Below are positions 24,176 through 33,909 of a stretch of DNA of 64,000 nt, piece by piece (the stretch's first letter is position 1; the number at the start of each line of letters is the position of its first letter). The notes beneath the pieces were generated by a model. It worked only from the letters and a program-made list of their open reading frames with translations. It was not told where the DNA came from and ran no database searches. Origin of the DNA: Ramazzottius varieornatus. Taxonomy: Eukaryota; Animalia; Tardigrada. The stretch lies in contig BDGG01000004.1 in assembly GCA_001949185.1 (NCBI GenBank), forward strand, positions 1,823,620-1,887,619. The letters run 5' to 3'. The position numbers and the translations under genes are program-made.

Positions 24176-25641
24176 TCACGGAAGACCTCCGCGTCCTGGG
24201 TTTACGTCTGAAGGACCCATCGTGGTTGTGGCAGGTGAATGGAAGTTAACTTCGCTAGGCGAAACTTCCCCAATGCCATAACCGTAAGGGCTATGCCCAT
24301 AGGGACTTTGTGATGAGTAGGCGTATGATGGACGACCCAGGCTAGAAAGCGACTGGGTGCGTTCTGCTCGATGGGAAGATGCTTTCTCATTTGCAGTATC
24401 GATTGTCACTTCCTCGTCCGCTAAATTGACTAATATGTTTCCATTACGATCCCAATTCCGCTGATCATGTTTATCTCCTCCCTGAAATATTCATAAGCCT
24501 GGGGTTAGTTTGAAATTGTTACAGTATGATTCTCGTCGATATATCGATGGCTTATACTCCCGCGAACAACCAGCTTGAATCCTTGTAACAAGGCGGACGA
24601 ACAGCGGAAGTTAAGGAGCTTATTGGTGGGATGGTGAGATTTGTGGTAAAACCCGTCATAAGTAAGGCTAAAGCGGCTTCACCCAGAATACCCCAATTAT
24701 ACCCTTGGGTCCTGAACTATTGTACTCCTTACTATCAATACTGAGTATGGGAAGTGAGCAAACGATTTGAACGAGATCGTCTTCTCAAGTAGTGCATGTT
24801 TTCAGCCGAAAACTCAGTGAACGTGCGCCGCTGGAGATAGCGATCTGGTTTAGCTAATCTGCTCACATCCCGAATGAGGATATGAGCTGATCGTGCTGGG
24901 CGAAGATAAAAAGGTTTTATAACACCTGATAGTACGGTACTGTACCTTCGAATATTGCTGGTTTCGCCCTGTTGAATGATTAGCTCCGGAATTATTGTGT
25001 CCGGTTACTGCAGGAGAAATCAGTTCGTTCTCTTCTAGGTCTTCCAGTGTCGCGAGTGCGCAATTCGCGACATGGGTCGCAGACCTGGCCGAGTAGACCT
25101 AAGGATGCATTACAAAGGTCAGGTCAGTTTGTACTATAAATCGATACGCATTATGCGCGAGAGACGAGACCGACCTCCAGAAACGAAGCATTGCCCGAAG
25201 TTCTATCATCAGAGGTTGGCTCCGTGATGATGATATCCGGTCTCTTGTACTTTTTCCTGTCCAAAAACGGCTTGGTGACTTTTTCGCTCTGATGGTTAGC
25301 GTCTAGGTCTCCGACTAGGTCTGACCGTTCTTTCCTTCTCTTGAAATGGAGTATTCCCAGAACAATCAGAAACATAATCAAGGCGCTTGACCCCACTGCG
25401 ATGATTATGATTGCAGTGGTTGAGATGGGATTATCTACGGGAGAAAACCAATTAGTTGGTAAGGTCTGGGAGATTCTTAACCAGATCAGCCATTATTAAT
25501 GACAATTCTGTGAAATTAATTACTATAAAATGGCGGAACTTCTCCATTCGTCGTTTCGTTGGTCGCTGACACCATCATCGGAGCAGACGTTCTGCTCTGA
25601 AACTCCGCTGTGGCATTTAAACCACGACTATCCGCCATCAT
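24176..25641 (-). CDS. Uncharacterised single-pass membrane protein (~225-255 aa) with a cytoplasmic PxIxIT motif
   Basis: Three exons with compatible phases: 25641 (or 25722)-25524, 25434-25175 and 24481-24176. N-glycosylation sequons NAT and NET precede a hydrophobic segment AIIIIAVGSSALIMFLIVLGILHF. A basic stop-transfer KRRKER follows, then RPDIIITEP. Confidence 0.7.
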
Positions 25642-27562
25642 GTCGTGAGGAGGTTCCAATCGCGGCTTCTGACTCTTCCGGCTAACGAGAATTAACTGTA
25701 CAGCAGCGCTTGCCGCAGACATTTAGTGCGGAAAGCTCATTCCACAATCTTCCCACATAGCGCGTACAGTGCTCTCCACGAATTTAAGACGCGTAAAGGT
25801 AGCAACAAGTTCAGGGTTATTTCCAGTAGGCGAATATACTGTATGGAAGCGCGGAGTTCGAAGAATGATCGAAGAGATGCGTGTTGATCAGCGCCGCTAA
25901 TCCTACAGAGGTAGGCTTATTGTTTGCTCACCGGCGTATTAGTAGGTGTGTAGACATGCGTATTGAGCAGCCGGAAGTGCCCGACACAATCGACAGATTT
26001 CGTGTTGCAAGTTTTTACGTTCCGCGATACGCCAAAGTTAATCAAGGTACGGCCCCTCGGCCTGTCCAGTATAGCAAGGTTCCCCGCCACAAGATACGCT
26101 TAGGTACGGAACGTACAGATGAATAATAAACCGCAAAAAGTAGTGCGTGAAAAGCGCAGCTGGCACGAAGCTTGAAGAGGTCCGGGGTCGACACGCTAGA
26201 TTTCGTATTTGTCAGGAAGCAGAGGATGCAGCTGGAAGGAAGAGATTCCCGACTGTGTTCCGTGAGATATCGACACTGTCTGCCAGATAGTCTTCAGCTA
26301 ATACAATCGTGAATGTGGATGAAGCGGCCTATGATAAGAAAGCTGTATCAATTGCAGAGATTTCTCTAGACAGGAGCGTCACGAGCCTTTAAGTCCATAA
26401 ATGTCTGTACCACAAACCGGATTTGGTAATTTGCATAGGGCGCTCCGGCTGTGGACTCTGACTCTCCCACGAAAGGCAGAGCACGATGTCATCCGTGACA
26501 TTTGCGTCCCGCGCTGTTATAAATATTGATGAACCGTTGCGGGAAGCACGTCACGCCAAACAAATCCGAGGAAAACAATGCACTATTCAGAAATTACGAA
26601 AGATTCAAATTTTAACGATGTGCAAGGGGATATTGTTTGGAAGATCGCTGGTGAATTGCTGAAGTCTTTGTCATACGAGGAAATGAGGGAGGAACGTACG
26701 CAGTAAATTCCCAGCGTGCTCTCGAAATGTTGCTCCCTCTGTGAAGGAGAGAAGAAAGGAGGAAGATTAATCATAATATGCCATGTTGTTGTTAATCCTG
26801 AATTTCGCGGTTGATCGCCCTGGTTCCGTTCGGGAGACCCGGAAGTTATCGATACATCTCCGCCTGCAGCGACAGTAGATCGATACAGCTGGCTGAAGTC
26901 CAACGAGGTCCTTCAAGCCACTTCTCTGGTTAGACTCAAAGGGCTCTTGCACTTGTACACTTAGTCCTACTTGTACGAAATGTTTATTCGCGTCTTCAAT
27001 TATCCCAAAGAGAAGATCCGTATGTGCCCAGCTTCCTCATCCGCTGATGATTGGAAAGACTCCCACTGGGCCGCAAGGTTAACTCTGTTCGGTCACCTTT
27101 TCCCAGGCTACGCCCTTCTTAATTCTTGTAAGTGTTGGTTTTTGGAGAAACTTCTGCAGTACCGCGTAAGGAAGCAGCGGAAGATGAATCCGAAAATGTC
27201 TAGACTATTTGTCAAGCATGCATGCTTTCAGCATTCAGCCGGTTCGCAGATTTCGGGAGATCGGACGTCGGAAAGGCTAATAATGATCACATTCTGATGC
27301 TTTACTTGACATAATATGACATGACATGATATCACGCTGTTCTCTGTAACACTGTCTCCAAGGGGCCACCCTTAAAATGGGGTTTGATATAAATGACCTT
27401 AATACCAGAAGTGGCCTTGTCAGTCCCTTCCGACGATTTTCTCGGAAGCTGAGGAGTTGGACTCTGGAACCTGGTCGCATTTTCACGGCAGCTGATCCTT
27501 GGATTTGACCGATCCGTGATATTCAGAAGCGTAGCCTGTTATCGTCAACGTAAGTGGAAGCA

Positions 27563-28860
27563 ATGGAATCCTACGAACGAATCTTGCTCGTCAAGCCCGA
27601 AGTGTTCATATACAAGATTCCTCCGCGGACGACAGCACGTGGCTACAGGTAAAGTTTCTTGGACTCTTGGTGCTTTGTAACTTCTGAACGTGCAGAATGA
27701 ACCGGACGTCCTTTGACGTGTTACAGAGCTGCCGACTGGACATTGGATAAGCCAGACTGGACACTTCGTCTGCGTATAATAGCGAAGGACAAGCTATGCA
27801 CTATACGCCTAGAAGACAAGATGAGTGGTATGTTAACAGTGATCCTTCGTCGTAAAAGGATGCTGTATGGGCTGCTTTGTTACAGGAGAGCTGTTCGGTG
27901 AATGTCCCGTTGATTCTTATCCCGGATCTGCAGTGGAAAGTGTGACTGACTCCAGCAGATACTTTGTATTACGCATACAAGACCCTTCCGGTACGTTCGT
28001 GGTCCTCTATCTCGTTCGTGCTTGACCCGTAAGGTTCATCGTAGTTAACATACAGTTAACAAACTTGACATATCTCTTTACATTCTCTTGGTGTTCTGCA
28101 GGGCGCTCCGCTTTCCTCGGACTAGGTTATGGTGATCGAAGTGATTCCTTTGATATGAATGTTTGTCTACAAGATCATTTCAAGTGTGTACCTGCTCGTC
28201 TCTGTGGCTATATGCTGCCCATAACACAAATACTGAAACTGACGCTGCTGTTCAGGTGGGTCACGACGTCAGAATCGATAGGGAAAGAAGAAGCTGATAT
28301 AGACAACAAGCCGAAACTGGATTTAGCTTTCAAGGAAGGGCAGATGATAAAGATCAACATAGGGGTGGGTCAACTTCCAATAAGTACTCTGCTGCACCGT
28401 AGAACGATGAGAAGGACCGATATTCACCATGAAACATGCGAATTCTTTCAGAAAAAGAGTACCACAACTACAGGACAAAGTCCGTCTAACCAACCAACAC
28501 CAGGCATCCTTCCTCCGCCGCCAAGTGGCGCAAGTTCCCAGCCCCGCTCGATCAGACCTCCACCTGGGCCGCCGTTACCTGTGAGGCCTCAACCACAACA
28601 TACCGATCTCACCTCGAAGCTTTCAGGCGACACTCCGAACTTCCCGGTTGGCGAAAGCGGAATCTCGGGTGGAAAGAGTTCGCTTCCCATGGGGCCACAA
28701 CAAGGCGTCCCACCGGCGAGTGGCGAATGGGGAAACTTCGCGTGAGTCTCTTGAGTATTAAAAACTCCTGAGAGAGACTAGGTTGACTGATCATGCAAAA
28801 CTTTTTAGATCATCGACGAACATGCAGAAAGATGCTAACTCTTCCTGGTTGAACTTCTAG
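27563..28860 (+). CDS. NECAP: Adaptin ear-binding coat-associated protein (NECAP)
   Basis: PHear-domain motifs [63 protein letters not shown] and [17 protein letters not shown]. The spliced last exon ends in the WxxF-COOH motif (WLNF*). Confidence 0.95.
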
Positions 28861-29362
28861 TCTCTCCGGTCTTCATTGTTGGTGCCACGTAGAGGCTCCT
28901 CAAGTCTGCTCTCCTATACTCAATAGGTTCGGCAATGTTTTCTGTCAGGGCAACTGTTGCCGTACGGTTGATGTTGCATTTTGTTGCTGATACGATTATT
29001 TTTAAATTTCTGGTACCCGTTCTGCAGGTAATCATTCCCGATTTAGCTCCGGATATCGGACTTGCAGGTTGAGGTTTTAGTTTTTTAATGCTTCCTGCGA
29101 AGATCTTGTTGTTAAAAATCACATTCACAGGATGCGAGTATCTACTGCAGCGCATCGAATGAATATCACTAAAAGAAATAAAACGCCTCTCAGTCGTTGA
29201 GATTCGATCGAAATTACCAGACGAATAAAACCTCCCAAAAGAAGCCAAGAATTAGCTGATGATAGAATAGATATTATGTGTTTCATTAGCCTAGCAGGAA
29301 ACTCGACAGATTCTGTACATTCCTAGACCATGAAAGATATGCCAAACATATACGGGCAGTTG

Positions 29363-30885
29363 TCAAGTGGACATTGAGTTAGTGAACAGCCTGACAGCAA
29401 CGGCAAAGGCCGCGAGTCCCGCCACCGCGAGAATTCGTGCCCATTTCCCAGTTAGAAAGTTCCGCGGCATCTGGTTCCCCGAGCCCGCTACATCCGGTCC
29501 CTTCACAGCAGGTTTAGTTTCCTCGACCTTCTCCATCTTGGGAGGAGGCTCCGGCACAGCGGCGGCAATATCTGCCTTGTGTAACTTCTCCAGCTCCTGT
29601 CGGCAAGAAAGAACAATGAGACCTACTAGCAAAGCTGCAAGTTATGTGGAAAAACCGCGCTAACACTATTACGTACGGGAACAAAGGTAGGGAATAGCTG
29701 TCGGAATGTGCTGTTATCCAGGTTCCATTTTATGCTGCCGCGTGCAAATACCTTTTTTTCCATATCCTGCTCGAACACACGTCAAGTTCGTTCATACTCG
29801 GACGACATGAAAGAAATAGATAGTTGCGAAACGAAACCGAAAGACTTGCGTACCGTACTCTTGATCGACCCAACGGTGGTCTGATTGCCCGTCTATGAGA
29901 GAAGTTAGCAACACGTAGGACGGATTTTCGTGTTCGCAGGATTTTTCAATACAAAAAACTGAGCGAGCTTACCATAAAACTGACCAAGCCACAAAGTATC
30001 GTGCCCACATTCCACGCCGGGTTCCACGATTCTATAAACCCGATTCTCCAACTGTTACCGTCATAGAAAACGTAAGCCAAGCATTCAACCGCTGTCTTCG
30101 ACTTACCGGGATGAAAATCAGAGTTTGAAAGGCAGAGCCTACAATAAACATAGACCGACGAAGGGCAATTACACAAATCCATTTGCGTACAAAGGGAGTT
30201 ATGCTGTAGTACAGTATACGAACCTTTGGTTCGGGGCGAACCGACCATTTGGAGTCAGTACCATGATGCTCGGCGGCTACAAGAATTATAAGAATGTTAT
30301 GAGGAGCGTCCTCCAGTACTGCCTGATCCTTCGCTCAAGAGCCAGAGATCGCACTTTGAAGAAGCACTCACTTTGAAAGGATAGTCCCTGGAGAGAAGAC
30401 ACGAAAGCTTTAAAGAATGGCACTGCAAACCTTCTGGTGCACACTTTCCCACTTACGCTGGAAAGTTGAGTCGTCCGAGATAGAAACCTCCTGTTGGGCA
30501 GATGTAAAAACTTGTCAGCATTTTTTCACGATTTGCAGAATTAAAATCTCAGCAAGAGAGTATGTCACGTCCACGTCCACAAGGGTGCACTAGGAGGTTG
30601 GAATACCTTCGTAAGGGGTGTTTTCGGGTCCGCGCACCACGAAGTACCTGGAAGACACGTGTGATCAGACTTCTCGAACATACTCTATGACAATAACCAA
30701 GGCACCTACCATTCGAGAAGATTATTCGGTTTTGGAGAAGCTGTGACATACGGTACGGGATCTGGAAAGCACGCTGATTAAGCACTTGAATCATTACAAC
30801 TACGCACATCAGTCTAATAAAGCTTACCTATACTTAGTCGTTTAAAGTCTTTCTGCAGTCTCATAACAGCAACCTTCTCCGCCAT
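29363..30885 (-). CDS. UBE2J2: Tail-anchored ubiquitin-conjugating enzyme E2 J2 (Ubc6)
   Basis: Motifs RLQKDFKRL, DPVPYVTASPKPNNLLEW, GPENTPYEGG, YPFKPPSIMVLTPNGRF, RLCLSNSDFHP and SWNPAWNVGTILCGLVSFM, with a C-terminal TM segment ILAVAGLAAFAVAV. Confidence 0.93.
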
Positions 30886-31308
30886 GATGAAAAGATGATT
30901 ATCAGCAAATAAGGGCCAAGAAGCATAGACGAGAAATGTGTGGTGAGGAACTGAGGATTAGGAGCAGCGCATCAGGAAACCCAGTCAGGCGTTCATCGCA
31001 ACTGCGAGAAGTTTCCAAAGATCACGGATAACACGTCAGAGACTTATCAACAGACCACCTCCAGTACTTAGGAGGAAGAACCTTAACACATGAGCAGAAG
31101 AAGAAGGATCGTTCCAGAAAATACAGTATGATGGAAACTCCGAAGGCAGGAGTCCTGTTGCACCAGCTGGCATATTACCCTTTCACTTTAGCAATTTTGA
31201 GTTTTGACCGCTACCGTTTCCGGCCCCTGCCGCTGCGTTCAGTTCGAGAGCCGGGCGGTTCGACTCGTTGACGAATGACGATCGAGACAGCCACTTTAAT
31301 AAAGCAAT

Positions 31309-32537
31309 AGAGACGTTGACACTGTATTACCTCTAAGGTTTCGCGCAGTCACGTGACAAATCACTGAATTACACCCGGGAACTCGAATCACTGATTGTTT
31401 GATTGTGGAACATTGCTGCGCTTGATTGGTTAGACATTTTGATTGATGGCACTGAAGCTTTTTATACCCGCCACGCAATATTTACTGGCCTGTCACGTGA
31501 GTGCGCGAAACCTTAGAGGGTAATACAGTACTTGTCTGGTTTAGTTTACTGTTCTGAATCAGCACAGCAATCAGACTCCGCCCGCCAGCTACACTAAACA
31601 CGCAGAGGTTGCGCTCCGTTATGCCAGGCTCGGATTAGCGTAGTGCAACGTACGTACAACGACAGTCGCGAACCAGCAGTTGAAGGGGAAGTTAAAGCTC
31701 TGCACACAAAGCTACAGTTAAAGTCAGAGTGTGTGAAGTCGAACTACTAAAAGGCTGCGGAAACAAAGCTACGGTTAAAAGCTACAGTTCATAGCAAATA
31801 AAGAAAATAGCCAACGCTGCAGTTAAACCTACAGTCGTATAGATGAGCAGCTCTTACCAAGCTACAATTAACGGCACCGTCAACTGTAGCTCTGCGCGCA
31901 CGTCCAGTAAGCTGACATCGACGGTAGGTTTAACTGTAGTTTTAATCACAGACTGTAGTAGTTTTGAAACTGCAGTTTCAGCCGTAGTCTTGACGGTATA
32001 GTCTACATCGGAAAAGAAAGCGCTTTTGTCTTTCGAATTCTGCTTGCGAATCGTGTTCAAAACTGCTAGCCACGTTTTTTTTCAACGCGGCGTCGAATTC
32101 CGAGCTGGGTTTCTAGTCAGCTATGGTTTGAGTTTCATGCACGTGTTGTCTACTATGGCCGGGCCGATGAAACGATCGTGACAACAAGCAAAAAGAAATT
32201 TTCTAGTGAGACTGGGACTGTGAGGTAGAAATTCGAAACTTGCCAGTTGGAAAAGGTCAAAAGATGCCGTAAAGTAGACGACAGGTAAATTTCACGGATT
32301 CAAGTAGCATCATGGCTGCTACATAGTAGTCAATGCCCACGGTGGAGCATGACTAGGCCACTAACCACTTTTTACTAAACAGGGCTTAGTGGGCTGTACG
32401 CTCTAAGCACCGATCAGGAATTTGCATAGCATAGTGGGTTCAGTGCGTTCAGGTCCGCCTCCATTGCCTGATATGATTGGCTGACTACTGTGCTAATCCG
32501 ACTTACTAAACTAAACAAGGCGAGTATCAACCTCTGG
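31309..32537 (-). mobile_element. Copy 2 (inverted) of the 1-kb non-autonomous DNA transposon, interrupted by a nested MITE
   Basis: Reverse complement of 12911-13930 with only a few substitutions. AAT lies at 31306-08 and 32538-40. The terminal AGAGACGTTGA is separated from the rest of the TIR by the 207-bp insert. Confidence 0.92.
31322..31528. mobile_element. 207-bp MITE with TA-type target site (Tc1/mariner-like)
   Basis: ~37-bp TIRs CTGTATTACCTCTAAGGTTTCGCGCAGTCACGTGACA ... TGTCACGTGAGTGCGCGAAACCTTAGAGGGTAATACAG. Flanks are CA/TA at a site that is a single TA in copy 1. Confidence 0.85.
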
Positions 32538-32584
32538 AATGATGAATTCCATATAGAATTTGTTACTACAGGAGGTCAAGAATC

Positions 32585-32630
32585 GGAACCCCTACGAACT
32601 GGAACCCTTACGAACTGGAACCCCTACGAA
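32585..32630. repeat. 16-bp tandem repeat, about 3 copies (GGAACCCCTACGAACT)
   Basis: Directly visible just outside the transposon end. Confidence 0.85.
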
Positions 32631-33006
32631 ATCTGACATGACCTTCTAGCACTATGAAACTTTCCACGGTAGCAGCTGCTCAATGACTCATTGTTATTTT
32701 ACTATGCAGTTAAAATGATTAAAGGTCACGTGCTCCTGTTGAGTCTACGTAATCAGCTGACCGCAATTGAAATCAATTATCGCTTCAATTAGTAAAGTTA
32801 AAATTCGATTTCCTATTACGGATCAATCAATCAAGCGAACACCAACCCGCACAATTAAAACTACTATTTTTTTAAATCGATTTCCCATTTTAATGATTAA
32901 AATAACACTGCTGCTCATGCCAGCAGGAGCTGGTCAACATTCAACCATTGTCCAGACCATTGTCCATAGCCCAGTCGGAATTAATCTTTGATGGCCGATC
33001 ATCAAA

Positions 33007-33582
33007 ATGTCTGGAAGTGCGGTTCCAGAAGATTTTCTCTTTGATCCGGAAAGGCTAAGACGCTACGTGAATGGAGAGGATGGGAAGTTCGACAAGATCG
33101 CGGCTAACCTACCTTCGAATCTCGTCTTACGACCACTACAGCTATCAGACCATTCCCGCAGCTACATGGGGCTGCTGGCTGAACATACCAAAGCTCCTGC
33201 TGTGTCTTTCGAGAGATTCCAGGAACGATTCAACCTGATGAAAGCATACGGGAACATTTACTACATCATCGTGATCGAGGATACCTCGCAGAACAAGATT
33301 GTAGCAACAGGTACTTTGGAAATTGAGCACAAGTTTATCCACTCGCTATCTCTTCGTGGCAGGCTAGAGGAGATAGTCGTCCATCAGGAAGACAAAGACT
33401 ACAGATACACGGACGGCAACTTGGCGTCGATCATCCTTGAGGTCCTTACAACACTGGGGAAAGTCCTCGGGTGTTATAAAATCACGCTAGAATCCGAAGA
33501 TCACCTGCTGGACTTTTATGGAAAGCTTGGATATAAAGCGGAGAAAGGTCAGAATTACATGGCCGTTCGCTATTTCGATTGA
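33007..33582 (+). CDS. GNPNAT1: Glucosamine-6-phosphate N-acetyltransferase-like GNAT protein, intronless
   Basis: Motifs LVLRPLQLSD, YYIIVIED..KIVATGTLEIEHKFIH...RGRLEEIVV, LGCYKITLE and FYGKLGY. AATAAA at ~33722. Confidence 0.85.
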   Translation: MSGSAVPEDFLFDPERLRRYVNGEDGKFDKIAANLPSNLVLRPLQLSDHSRSYMGLLAEHTKAPAVSFERFQERFNLMKAYGNIYYIIVIEDTSQNKIVATGTLEIEHKFIHSLSLRGRLEEIVVHQEDKDYRYTDGNLASIILEVLTTLGKVLGCYKITLESEDHLLDFYGKLGYKAEKGQNYMAVRYFD

Positions 33583-33909
33583 ACTTCTTACACGATAACG
33601 ACAGATCGCCTCTTGAGGCTCTCTTTGCAACGCTTGAACCATTCCGTTTATATCTTTTCTGAAAATCTGCCTCAAGTTATTACGAAATCTCGGTCTGCAA
33701 CAGTTTGCTAAAAGAATTCGCAATAAAATCAAATGGGTTCTTGGCTCAAATGCATCAGACTACCGGCTACGGAGATAACTAAACCAACGGGAACAACTGA
33801 CAGGTTAAAACTCTGAAGAAAGTACAGAGGAAATGAAAGAGTGCGTAAGAAAGTGGGGAAGTCTGGGAGAAGAGCAAAGCACCACACGGGGTTAACTCTT
33901 CGACAAGAC

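Noticed and set aside
31240-31275. GGTTCGACTC T-loop-like motif (a similar one lies near 11790)
   Set aside because: No cloverleaf, D-arm or acceptor stem can be built, so it is not a tRNA.
32585-32630. Short repeat array as a possible CRISPR
   Set aside because: The units are head-to-tail with no spacers, the context is eukaryotic and there are no cas genes.
19263-33582. Apparent secretory/glycosylation cluster (RER1, SLC35F6, NECAP, UBE2J2, GNPNAT1) next to a proteoglycan gene
   Set aside because: The strands are mixed and these are common housekeeping functions. Ancient linkage explains it better than co-regulation.
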